DNA from: an uncultured Nitrososphaeraceae archaeon
Lineage (GTDB): Archaea; Thermoproteota; Nitrososphaeria; Nitrososphaerales; Nitrososphaeraceae
Assembly (NCBI GenBank): GCA_963729045.1
Contig: CAVSMN010000021.1
Coordinates: 96,001-160,000, forward strand
DNA length: 64,000 nucleotides
Direction of reading: 5' to 3'
Shown: one piece after another, positions 1-10,807 of the stretch
How the letters are laid out: each line of letters opens with the position of its first letter
Numbering within the stretch: position 1 is the stretch's first letter
Notes under the pieces: model-generated
Database searches by the model: none
What the model was told of the DNA's origin: nothing
Seen by the model: the letters and a program-made list of their open reading frames with translations, nothing else
Translations under genes and position numbers: made by a program

Positions 1-505
1 GTTAAATGGTTTCAATTCTTTTAAATTCATATGGGATGGTAATTAAAAAACATTTAGGAGCTATAGGCATAGCAAGATTGATTAGTCATCATGATTGCGA
101 TTATATTTGGAATAATCATTATGGTGTAGATAAATGCCATCTTAAAATGCTAGAACTAGATTATTAACAAATCAAAACATGACTTTTTAGCAGTAGGATT
201 ACGATAATCGATACCCTAAACTTCAAACATCACCGGATAAATTGGGCCTGATTTAGGATACCTATCTTAATCTATCTTGTATTGGGTTGAGTAATGTGAA
301 ATTATGACGAAGAACCAAATTTTTCTGTTAATGCGATTAAGGTTTACCCAATGCCTATCAGAAAAACTAATGGGATTCTAGAAAATCGTGATCAGTATCG
401 AATTAGGCAATATTAAAAATAAACTCTGTCTGTTAATTTTATATTGATAATATCTATTAAATTTTAATACAATATCTATAAACAAGATAACAATAAAAAA
501 AAGGA

Positions 506-764
506 TTAGTTGTTTGATTTGTCCTAAAGCATTGTTGCCTTTATTGAATTGGTCTTGGAAGTTAAAGTTATTACCAGATAAGAATGAACTTCCACCAGAA
601 ACTACTTGGCTATTTTGTTTTGATTTTTGAGATTGTTCGATTATTTGTTTTGCTTTGTTACTCTTTTTTGCTAATGCGTCTTCTGAAATTGCCAATGGGG
701 CTAAGACTAAAGCTAGTGCAAGAACAACTGCTGTTGATACTAGTAATGTTTTACTTGTGTTCAT
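506..764 (-). CDS. Small secreted Gln/Asn-rich protein (paralog A), with an apparent +1 frameshift just before the stop
   Basis: MNTSKTLL...EDALA signal peptide, then KKSNKAKQIIEQSQKSKQNSQVVSGG...NALGQ. Compared with the paralog at 22338-22595 there is one extra A (GGACAAATCA vs GGACAATCA); removing it gives GQSNN* with TAA at 508-506. The track's 135-aa version is read-through into the T-rich terminator. Confidence 0.8.
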
Positions 765-1057
765 ACTTGTAAATTCTATTATCATAATGCAATATATATT
801 AGGTATTTTAGAATTTTATATGAACATGTTTCAGTTGGTTTGAACAGAAAAATCTTCTAGTATTCTTACTCATATGAATGACTTCCTTACCATTGCTAGG
901 TAGCTAAACCTGATAATTGAATGAAAGTTTCAATATTTACTACTATATTTGTATTGTCTTAGGAAAAATAAAATTACTAATAGTTTCAAGTTAGCTTTTA
1001 CAATATTTAGTTAAAAAAATTATTAGTTATATAAACAATATTGAACATCTACAATTA

Positions 1058-1216
1058 ATGACAGACAATATTATTGATGATGCAGCCAAGAAAATAAAAA
1101 ATTCACAACAAGACGCTGAAGCAAAGGCAGAAACAGCCCAAGATCACGCAGAAGGAAAGCCTAGTTCAGAGACCTTGAACAAGGCTAAAGTAAAGATAAA
1201 AGATGCATTAGATTAA
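1058..1216 (+). CDS. 52-aa hydrophilic LEA/CsbD-like stress protein
   Basis: Manual translation MTDNIIDDAAKKIKNSQQDAEAKAETAQDHAEGKPSSETLNKAKVKIKDALD*; TTATATAAA about 30 nt upstream; T-run downstream. Below the ORF track cutoff. Confidence 0.7.
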   Translation: MTDNIIDDAAKKIKNSQQDAEAKAETAQDHAEGKPSSETLNKAKVKIKDALD

Positions 1217-1988
1217 AGAATTATTTGGACACTTTAACAATATTTTTTTTACTATATATCTAAATACCATATCATCAATAGTTTTCATATCAAATATTCT
1301 GAACCTTGATATTCCATAGAATCTCTGATTGTATTGATTGCTCTATTATCCTTTGTTACCATTGATAATGCGGAATCATCATTAAGGTGTTTGGTATCGT
1401 ATCCGAATAAACCTTTTTTTAATTCATTGTTTTGGTTCCACTTACCTGTTCAGCGCGAATAAAGAAAGGGTTTGCGAAATTACCATTTGAAAAGTCGTTT
1501 TGGAAGCCCGATAACATATTCTTTGATTTGATTTTGTGTGTTGGAAGAGTGTTACTTATAAGTATTAGTGTGATTTCGCTTCATTTTCTGCAATTACAAA
1601 TTTATGAGTATTTTACTCTTGAAAAAGCATTGCAATATTACCTCATTGGAACATTGCTACTATTTGTTTATAGCGATGGATTGATGTGCGAGTGTTATGT
1701 TACCGTTGCTATCTACCATTATATCTACGGTAATAAGAGATAAACCCGCAAATTCCAAAAGTGAAAAACTGATGTGCTTGCTAAAATATAAAAACTACAT
1801 ATTTCAATTCATACATTAATTTATGACATAGAGACATTAAATTGAGATCATAAAAATTTCGGTGTATTCGTAGAGTATATCAGTTTGACCTCGTACCATG
1901 GATTTTTAGATGACCATTTTCTTTTATCTGTATAGTTAAGGAAATTAATGTTCAGAATATTTCTACTTTCTCTGCGCCTTGACTCTTG

Positions 1989-2969
1989 TTACTTTGCTCG
2001 TTCGAGTTCCACATATATTTTTGAAGATGTGGTATAAGGAATAGCTTGCTTAACTTTACTCTCAATGTTATCAATTATAGATTCGATAGCATCTGTACTC
2101 AAATCATCACTTAAGCTTACTTCTATTGCTATAAGGACATCTTCTGGTGCAAGGTGCATTGTACGAATTGAAATTATTTTATCTACTTGAGGTATTTTAG
2201 AAACTGCATTAAAGATAGCCTTGTAATCTCTTCTCGACATGGCTTCTCCTATAAGCAAATCTTTGTTTTCTCTGGCCAAAAAGAATGCAAATGTCATTAA
2301 CGTTATACCAATCAAGAGAGAACCAATGGCATCATACGCCATATTTCCAGTTATATCTGAAAGATAGACGGCTGTCCCTGCGATAATTATTCCCAAGATA
2401 GCTGCTGAATCTTCAACTATAACAGTCAAGACAGATGTATCCTTGCTTTCTTTAAATTCCATCATCAAAGTCGAAATAGTTAATCTTTCGCCTCTGTCTT
2501 CAATTCCCTTCTTGAATATTCCAAATGCTATTCTGAGAGCATTTGCTTCAAAAACAAATGATATCGCCAAAATTATATAAGTTATGGATACATTTTCTAG
2601 CACATGTGTCTCAACTCCAAATAACGAACTAAATCCTTGTTCTAACGATAATACTCCAGAAATACCAAAGATGAGTGTGGCTACAATAAAAGACCAAAAA
2701 AACTGTTCTTTTCCATGCCCGAATGGATGTTTTTCAGAAACCTGTTTTTTACTTGTTTTAATCCCAACTAAAAGTAATACTTGATTAAATGTATCGGAAA
2801 ATGAATGATATGTCTCAGCCCACATCGAGGAGCTACCCGTTAGAATCGCAGCCACAAGTTTGGATATTGCAATTCCTAAGTTTCCAAATAAAGCTGCATA
2901 AATTGCTCTTTTTGAACCTCCCCCTGCCATTGATGATTGTATTATAACCCTCCATTTAAGATTAGACAT
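1989..2969 (-). CDS. Cation diffusion facilitator family metal transporter
   Basis: GSSSMWAETYHSFSD, HPFGHGKE and EDSAA motifs, about six TM segments, C-terminal cytosolic domain; the start may be the MAGGGS Met. Confidence 0.92.
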   Translation of the reverse strand: MSNLKWRVIIQSSMAGGGSKRAIYAALFGNLGIAISKLVAAILTGSSSMWAETYHSFSDTFNQVLLLVGIKTSKKQVSEKHPFGHGKEQFFWSFIVATLIFGISGVLSLEQGFSSLFGVETHVLENVSITYIILAISFVFEANALRIAFGIFKKGIEDRGERLTISTLMMEFKESKDTSVLTVIVEDSAAILGIIIAGTAVYLSDITGNMAYDAIGSLLIGITLMTFAFFLARENKDLLIGEAMSRRDYKAIFNAVSKIPQVDKIISIRTMHLAPEDVLIAIEVSLSDDLSTDAIESIIDNIESKVKQAIPYTTSSKIYVELERAK

Positions 2970-3967
2970 AACTGAAAAATACTTAATTGACGTTAACTGG
3001 ATTTTCCAACCGCTTTTTATTTGTCATTTTATTCGAAATAGTGAAGGTGAGAACCTCAAAAGGTTTATCAAAAAGACCTTTCATACAACATGGAGAAAAA
3101 CCCGAATTATTCCCAGGTCTGTAAATATTGCCATCCGACCACACACTTACCTTCTGAAATCCCTTTATTGATGGTAGATAACTTGATAATTATTTCATTA
3201 TTTCTGCCACCGTGTTTTTTTAAGATGTGAATCCCAATCCTAATAGTGAATGCCAAATCAAGCTGATTGGATTTAATTTATTCTGGTGGATCCAATCCGC
3301 ACTGGTAAAATCTAATCCTACTGCCATCCATCCTTAGCCAATTTATATCATAATTTTAAAAAATTCGACCAATAATGAGAAGGATCATTCAATCTATAGC
3401 GGCGTCACTATATAATCAGGATTCCACTAACAAAGACAATTAAAACGCTAAAGAATTATAATGATAATCGTAGCGGCAATGATAATATCGATAATAAAAA
3501 AGTACCGCATAAACCGCATATTCCTGTTATTTCATTTCAGGGCTATAAACATAATCCACCTTGGAATTAAATTGAGTCAAGAATTCAATCCCCAATGAAG
3601 TTCAGAGTCAGTTAAAATACTTTTAAATCCAAAAGGATTTTTGTTAATACATGAACTTCTTGCCAAACTTCTGTAGATATACTGATGATTTCAACCAAAT
3701 CCTCGTTGTGTACGACTCTACATCTGAGTTTCATTGTTTTATAAGTAATAAGATTGGAATTCATTTCCTCTAAAATCTAATACCTAGATACAAAATGCCA
3801 ACTAATTTTCTTAATCATGTCTCAGTCAAAACGAGATCATAACATGATTGAGTAAGACGCACTTGTTGGCTCGAGGAAAAATTGCCAAACAAGTGGTGTT
3901 ATAAAACTTGTTAAATAATATGATAAATGATAATCTATCATGATGTTTATGTTTCTAAACCAAGAAA

Positions 3968-4327
3968 ATGACAATTGAAAAGCGTGAGCATAAGACTGGT
4001 ACCCACTCAAGTGGAAAGGGAAAATATGCATCCTCCACAGAAAATCGTAGATTAGTCTGGGAATATATAATATGGCCCTTAATCCTGGACCTTAACAAGA
4101 ACTATTTTACCCGAGAGGAATATCATAAAATGAGAAACAAGGTTTCAAAAGAAAATAATATTCCTATTTCAAAGATGGCTGGAGGCCTGGTATCTCTTCT
4201 AGTTAGGGGATTTCTCACTCAGGATAATAAATACTATTCAATTCATTACAAATTAATTCCATATATGAGAAAAAGAGTCCACCTAGATTACGAAACGGTT
4301 CTAAAGGAAATAAGATCAAAAAAATAA
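3968..4327 (+). CDS. Basic hypothetical protein, possible winged-helix DNA-binding fold (paralog of 16640-16998)
   Basis: 119-aa ORF with a close paralog in the window; GGLVSLLVRGFLTQDNKYYSIH resembles a recognition helix plus wing. Confidence 0.75.
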   Translation: MTIEKREHKTGTHSSGKGKYASSTENRRLVWEYIIWPLILDLNKNYFTREEYHKMRNKVSKENNIPISKMAGGLVSLLVRGFLTQDNKYYSIHYKLIPYMRKRVHLDYETVLKEIRSKK

Positions 4328-5419
4328 GTAAATCGTCTAAATAGGAAGTGATGAATATAATTACTCCAATTAGATGCTTTTTCATAATATTTCCACCTTA
4401 AAATGCTTGGCTAGTTGGTGTAATGCTCAGTTATAGTAAATTAACAACGAAGGTATAGTTGAGTGCTGAATGTTAATTGAAGATCATGACGGCAATATTC
4501 TCTCAGACTTTACTATCATAGTCAGAAAACACAAGAATTACAAATGCATTTGGACAGAGTCATGAATGAACCAAACAACAATAATACACAAGGCGAAAAG
4601 ATGCATCTTCGAGGTGCTCAAATGATGATTTCATCAATGTATGAAGGGAACAATAGTACAATGACTCATCATACAGGAGTAACAAATCATACAAGGTAAG
4701 GAGTCCAAGTATATAAGATCCTAATCGAAATTCGATAAACATCTAAATCATTAGAAATTTATATCTTATTTTTTAGATCAATTCTGTTTTGTCTGATGAG
4801 AACAATTAAACAATAGAAATATAGTTAGAAAGTGCTCTATATACACATAAATTTTTGGGATTTTTTGTACCTCTATTAATCAACCCGGGATCTCTGATGA
4901 CATAAAAATAATTTTTCTTCTTTGCTTATAATGTTGTAATAATGTTGTCATGAGTTTTTTAAGATTCCAAGAGGTGGTTGTTGATGACTTTTTTACATAT
5001 GTATTTTTATTTCATCAAACGTTGTAGCGTCTTTGTTATGATGCAAAAACAAAATTATTCTGTTAGGCGTATATTCTTTAAGTATCATATAATCTGAAAA
5101 TCGTCATTTGGAACAGAAGGTTTTATGAGGTCGTTTTGCTCTAAAACTTTAAGGGAATGTGATAGGACTCATTATTAGATTAAGTAATTCTAGCCAGATC
5201 ATTGTATATAATACCTAGAAAGTTGATAATTAATTTCAATATTAAATACCTATTGCTATTTATTTTGTTGTTTTCCAACATTTTCAATTCATTTACTCAT
5301 AACTTTATTTGTGATTTATAATTCCTTATTATAGTATCAATATCCTATTAGTTATACTTATTCTAAAATAAAAAAAATAATTCTTGGATAATGGGCTAGA
5401 CAAACTCTTGCTTAATTGT

Positions 5420-6616
5420 CTAATTCCAGTCAGGTGTTATTGTGTTTTCCATAGGTTTCTCCTTTAAGATAAAAGCCGTAGTTGCAAGGACATTTTTTAG
5501 GGCCCATTGAACAAACTCCTCTGAACCTATTGGTATTGGAGCATCAGCTTCAACATATGATATTCCCCTGTTGTCTAATTCTTCTTTGACAGCTTCATAT
5601 CCCATTCCTCCTGTTGCCAGAACAAGGACCACTCTATCTGCATTGTGTGCGGCTAATTTCTCTTCTATTTTGTCGGCTGCTGCAGGTACTGCTGTTTCCA
5701 TTAAATCTGGCCAGTCTTCTCTTGCCGTGACTCCAAAGGCATCAGCATAGCCTATCTTTTGCTGAACATATTTAGCAGAACTTGTTAGCTCCTCTATTTG
5801 AGCCATATCATTCAGGTCAGATCTTGCGCCATGACCAACATTTACAAATATTTCGTTGGATGGGCTTCCATCATTTTCAGAGTTTGACTTTTCTGCTATT
5901 TTGACAAATATCTCTCTTAAAATTCTGTCATCAGGACTAGCTGGTCTTGAGAAGATATGTGTTGCATCACTTGTTTCGCTTGCAGGTGTTGTCATCATTC
6001 CCATATATTGACAGGTATCTGGACCCATTGGGACACCAGGACAGTATTTGAATTGTTCAATTCCTCCAAAGTATCCTCTTGTGACATTGTGGATGACAGT
6101 AGATTCTGGTCCAAACAGATCTGAATACATAAAGATAACGTATTTTACACCTCTATCATCAAGCTTTTGTAATCCTTCATCCCAATTATATGGCATATGT
6201 GTTATGATTTCGGTTGGATATCCTAGCTTTTCAAGGGCTTCCTTAATGGGTTCGGTTTTTTCTGGATCATGACTTCCTGGGTAACCTAACCCATGTGTGT
6301 AAACCAAGACACCTATTTGACCAGGTATCCCTCCCAAATTATTCCCAGAAAATGGAATTATTTCTCTGAACTTTTCTAGGATTTCAGATACATCCATATC
6401 CATAAAGTTCCCAAGATCTATCGAACCAATCTTTTGTTGCACATCATCCAGTTTCTGGTCAATTATCATCTCTGCATTGTCTATCTGTGAATTACCCAAA
6501 ATAGATAAACCCAATGAGTTGGTGCTTTGTGCAAAAACTGATGACTGAAACCCTATTATCAATAATGTCAATACGACAGTTGCACTAATAGTAACGTTAG
6601 TTTTCACAATTACCAT
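5420..6616 (-). CDS. Exported CbiX/SirB-like chelatase-fold protein
   Basis: Signal peptide ending VFAQ; two His-Gly motifs (VLVYTHG, FVNVGHG) each heading an alpha/beta domain; GLQKLDDRGVKYVIFM and ADRVVLV resemble class II chelatase repeats. Confidence 0.65.
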   Translation of the reverse strand: MVIVKTNVTISATVVLTLLIIGFQSSVFAQSTNSLGLSILGNSQIDNAEMIIDQKLDDVQQKIGSIDLGNFMDMDVSEILEKFREIIPFSGNNLGGIPGQIGVLVYTHGLGYPGSHDPEKTEPIKEALEKLGYPTEIITHMPYNWDEGLQKLDDRGVKYVIFMYSDLFGPESTVIHNVTRGYFGGIEQFKYCPGVPMGPDTCQYMGMMTTPASETSDATHIFSRPASPDDRILREIFVKIAEKSNSENDGSPSNEIFVNVGHGARSDLNDMAQIEELTSSAKYVQQKIGYADAFGVTAREDWPDLMETAVPAAADKIEEKLAAHNADRVVLVLATGGMGYEAVKEELDNRGISYVEADAPIPIGSEEFVQWALKNVLATTAFILKEKPMENTITPDWN

Positions 6617-6619
6617 ACA

Positions 6620-6663
6620 TCTAATTTAGAATATATAATCAATATACGATTCTAAATTTAGAA
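6620..6663. promoter_or_regulatory. Two related palindromes upstream of the chelatase-like gene (candidate operator)
   Basis: Perfect TTCTAAATTTAGAA at 6650-6663 and TCTAATTTAGA at 6620-6630, flanking an AT-rich promoter zone next to the ATG at 6616. Confidence 0.5.
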
Positions 6664-7208
6664 AGTATATTTTTTTCAAAAAAAGTCTAATAAGATAATT
6701 TAGTAAATCAATAAGGTAATATTCTATTGATGGATGTTACTGTTATTAATTGTTAATACCAATGCTAGGTATGCTTGGTAACACCAATTAGTCTAATTAA
6801 ACACCAAATTTTAACATAACTCAATTTATGTCATTTATTGTACACTTCTCCTGTCAATTCATTGTTTTTTTTAGATTCGGTTAAAAGCATTTAGTGTTCT
6901 ATAATAGTTAATCAAATTAAGTCAATAACTTTTAAAGTGAAATTGACATATTCAGATAGTTAACCATGCTATCCACGATTTGCTGAACCTTTAATTCCGT
7001 GCAAAGATCGCTATTCTCTAAATAAACAAAAAACTACCGTCACGTCTCCGATGAGCTTTCGTGATAAAAAACAAGATCTTCCGTGTTAGGGTTATTCGAT
7101 TCTCTCTAACATGTACAATATTTTTTCTGATCATAAGGTAGAATAATTTTTTAGTTTTTAGTTTGATAATCTACATATTGGTATACGTTAAGGTGGAATA
7201 TGATTGGT

Positions 7209-7482
7209 ATGTCCACAATAAAAAACAAATCAATGATCTTTGTATGGTTACTATTTTTGCAACTACATAGTTAGTTGCAGGTTCTTTGACCTCTGGATTA
7301 GACGAACAGAGTGTCTTTGCAAAAACAAAAAATCTAATAATTCTACTCAGGGAATAGGGCAAGAAACAGTAACTGGACAAGAAGCAGTCTGTGAATCTTT
7401 GGGGGATAGTTTAGCATCATGTAACAACGTTGGATTATCGTTTAACTTAAATGATGGTAACAACGCAACAGGTCAACAATAG
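7209..7482 (+). pseudogene. Disrupted secreted Gln/Asn-rich protein (paralog C)
   Basis: Reconstructed as MSTIKNKSMIF/MVTIFATT*LVAGSLTSGLDEQSVFAK/NKKSNNSTQGIGQETVTGQEAVCESLGDSLASCNNVGLSFNLNDGNNATGQQ*, with two frameshifts and one TAG; the mature part aligns with paralogs A and B. Confidence 0.7.
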
Positions 7483-7831
7483 ACTGCCCAACTATATCTT
7501 TTTTTATCATTTGAATTATCCTTTAGATTTTGTTAAACTGATTTCATATCCTTAATGTAGACTGTGATGCCATGCGAAAAGGAGTTTTTCCTTTTCTTTT
7601 TCAAACTCTAATACTTTCACGCCAGAATTAAGCTGTCTATAAGTGACTCGATAGAAATCAAGTTAAAAAATGTCACTTAATACATCACCACAACAAGAAA
7701 AGTCTAACCTAATTTCAAAAATTTCTTACGATTTAAGGGACATGAAATTTGGAGTACGGAGTTAGAAGATACGTCAATACAACAGATTGCAACCATAGCT
7801 TTTTACAAGAGAACCGCCCGAAGAAGAAATA

Positions 7832-8260
7832 TTATTGATTTATTGTTTCTGGTGGCTCAACAACCACATTGCCTTGCACATTAACTAAATATATAGGATC
7901 ACCATGGAGATCAAATTTTGACGTTTTAGATACCTTAGCTACCATTGGCTGTACTTTTATTTTTGCTCCATCATCGACAACATATTCATTCCAATCTTGA
8001 GTTATTATTGTATAACGAACATCATGTGTTATTGATTGTTGCAATTCGGATGGAGAATAGGCTTTGGAATCTGGTTGTTCTCTCTCATTTGATAAAACCA
8101 CAATTATATTTTGAACATCAATATTGTAAGTAGAATTTTTTTTCCGAATTTTAGTGGCTATTAATTTAATCTTTAGAATCGAGCTATCCGATAAATCATA
8201 TCGGCACCAGTCTTCCCTTGAAACCGTAAAGTCTAATGGAGGCCTTAAGAAACTATCCAT
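7832..8260 (-). CDS. Hypothetical protein with an internal two-fold repeat
   Basis: DFTVSREDWCRYDLSDSSILKIK and RYTIITQDWNEYVVDDGAKIKVQ are homologous halves. Confidence 0.7.
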   Translation of the reverse strand: MDSFLRPPLDFTVSREDWCRYDLSDSSILKIKLIATKIRKKNSTYNIDVQNIIVVLSNEREQPDSKAYSPSELQQSITHDVRYTIITQDWNEYVVDDGAKIKVQPMVAKVSKTSKFDLHGDPIYLVNVQGNVVVEPPETINQ

Positions 8261-9043
8261 TCAATTTTATGGTTCTTTGGTTATTATTAAATTCAGTGTT
8301 AGATCAGATAATTTGTGGTATTGTAGGATATTTCCATCAAACCCAAGTCATTCAGCTTCTCTTTTCGCTATGTAAGCAAAAGACGGAGAACACCTTTCAG
8401 AGTATATTTATCATGGTCTGTATTTGTACTTTCTTGGTTTATCACTTAGAAATGCTGCCTAAGCATTGTCCTTTTTACAAATTGTGCCAGGGAAGCTGTG
8501 TTGCGATATGGAATTTGATATAAAAGGACAGACCTCAAAAGGTTTCTGCAAAGAGAACAAAGATTTCAAATTTCATGTTATACGAGACATTCTTAAAAGT
8601 CTACCCTGGTTAATCTGGTTATGATTTGCAATCAAATTGAGGCTCATAGGAGGGAGATTCTCGCAATTTTGCAAAAATAACCAAAGAGAGGAACATGCTC
8701 ATCCAGAGAGGTTTCTATCAGGTTTGAGCAATATTCGTAGAATACATTAAGATTCCACATATACCGTAACATGGTAACCTCAATAATGAAGGTTCTTAAA
8801 TCGTGCTCACCATATCCATTCCTCTCTGGAAAGAAGTCTGAATGAGAGAACGATGCAATACATCAAGGACAGAATTTGGATTTGATAAGTATTTTCCCAA
8901 CAGAAAAAATGAATTGTAAGTTAAAGCATATCAAATAATGTCTCAATTCATTTGCAAGTAAGCATAACAGCAAAATAACGACAACTTTACAGGTCCAGAA
9001 TTTCCTTTAGCCTTTTATATATGCAATTTAAAGTAGACATGTC

Positions 9044-10378
9044 ATGTCTTCAAACCCATCATTTTATGTGATGATTGTATTTTTAATAGCCATCATAACG
9101 AGTCCAACGATAAATTCAGTATTAGCCTCCTCATCGACCAACATGAGTACTTCTTCTAGTTATCCTAAATCCAACATTTCTCTCTCTATTCCATCTACAC
9201 CACAAAGAGATAATAATAATTTGACTTCAACATTTGCAATAACTGACCAGATAAAAACCCTCATAGATGATCGTTTAGATGAAAATAAAACTAATGCTGC
9301 AATTGTTATCGGGCTTATCGACCCCAATGGAACTCAGTTCTATGCTCAGGGTAAAATGTCCAATTCAAGTAACGCTACCGTAGACGAAAATACCGTATTT
9401 TCCATTGGTTCTAATACTAAAGTATTTACTACAATTCTATTGGCCGATTTGGTAAACAAGGGTCTGGTTAAGCTAGATGATCCTATTGAAAATTACCTTC
9501 CATCTTATGTTACTGTTCCACAATATAATGGTCATAAAATCACCATTGAAGATTTAGCTACTCATACTTCGGGATTACCTGAATTTCCTGACAATTACTG
9601 TCCATCTTTCGATCCTGAAAGAACAGGGATTCAAGATTCTGTCCAATTCCGAAAAGATTTAATGAACTGTACCAAGAACTATACATTTGACCAATTCTAT
9701 CAGGCACTTTCTAATATCACACTTTCAAGAGAACCGGGGTCAAAAGTTGAATATTCAACATTTGGTACCGGTCTACTTGGTCACATTTTGACCTTAAAAT
9801 CAAATATGTCATCTTTTGATAAACTATTAGAACATAATATTCTGAATGTGCTAGGAATGAATGACACAAGCATTGGTCTTTCAGATTCACAAAAATCTCG
9901 ATTGGCAGTGGGACACTTTAACGGCCAAGAACTCCCTACATTGAACTTTTCGAGTTCTATTGCACCAGGGGGTGGGCTTCATTCGACAGCCAGTGATATG
10001 CTAAAATTCTTGTCAGCCAATATGGGATTAATTAAAACAACCTTAGATGATGCCATGCAAGAATCACATTTAATAAGACATAGCACCGGCCAGTTATTAC
10101 CTAATAATTTACAAGCATCTGCATCAGGTAATAACAATGAGATCGGGGTTTATATCGGTTTAGGCTGGTTTGTAACTACAAACTTTGGCCATGAAATCAT
10201 TTGGCATAATGGGGCTACTATCGGTGGTTACAATGCTTATATGGCATTTAATCCTGTTACGGAGAGAGGTATTGTTATACTGTGCAGTACCGATATAGCA
10301 GATATTAATCTTACACGTATAAGTTTCGACCAGACGGATAATTTATCATCTTTAATATGGAGTTTGCTCAATCAATAA
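9044..10378 (+). CDS. Secreted serine hydrolase, beta-lactamase/D-Ala-D-Ala peptidase family
   Basis: FSIGSNTK (SxxK), LATHTSGL, EYST (YxN-like), WHNG motifs; signal peptide and Ser/Thr-rich linker. Confidence 0.92.
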   Translation: MSSNPSFYVMIVFLIAIITSPTINSVLASSSTNMSTSSSYPKSNISLSIPSTPQRDNNNLTSTFAITDQIKTLIDDRLDENKTNAAIVIGLIDPNGTQFYAQGKMSNSSNATVDENTVFSIGSNTKVFTTILLADLVNKGLVKLDDPIENYLPSYVTVPQYNGHKITIEDLATHTSGLPEFPDNYCPSFDPERTGIQDSVQFRKDLMNCTKNYTFDQFYQALSNITLSREPGSKVEYSTFGTGLLGHILTLKSNMSSFDKLLEHNILNVLGMNDTSIGLSDSQKSRLAVGHFNGQELPTLNFSSSIAPGGGLHSTASDMLKFLSANMGLIKTTLDDAMQESHLIRHSTGQLLPNNLQASASGNNNEIGVYIGLGWFVTTNFGHEIIWHNGATIGGYNAYMAFNPVTERGIVILCSTDIADINLTRISFDQTDNLSSLIWSLLNQ

Positions 10379-10807
10379 ATGTAAAAAAACCACCGATTTT
10401 ATTTTTTATCCATAATTATGGTTCTTATGTAACTTTTTTTGATTTGATTTATTAATGGAAAGTTGGTTTTTTTACGATGGATTAGTCTTTTGTCCTAGTT
10501 GTCTTTCTTTGCTAACCAGATTTATTTCCTAATCTAGAACCCAAACTACCGATTCTCCAATGAAATCTGGAAAAAAGAAACTTCTGAACTAAGGGGACTT
10601 GTTACAGGAGAGAAATCTTAAATTTGATTCCTCTATGTTGTTCAACCAAACCGATAAGTTACTTGACATTCAGATCGGCAGGATGCTTAGTCTGTGTGAG
10701 TCAATTGTGAATATAGGAAAAATGGATATGGTGTTTGAAAGGTTAGTTAATTAGATAAAAAGAAAATCATTACTGACTAGCGGATAGAAGGTAGCCTAGA
10801 AGATTTT

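Noticed and set aside
378..505. Hydrophobic C-terminal extension (apparent membrane anchor) of the first ORF
   Set aside because: It arises from a 1-nt frameshift reading through the T-rich terminator; the paralog stops at GQSNN.
1432..1743. 103-aa track ORF
   Set aside because: No recognisable motifs, TTG start and composition typical of AT-rich non-coding DNA.
7080..7112. Hairpin containing TTCGATTC, like a tRNA T-loop
   Set aside because: No cloverleaf or T-stem geometry can be built around it.
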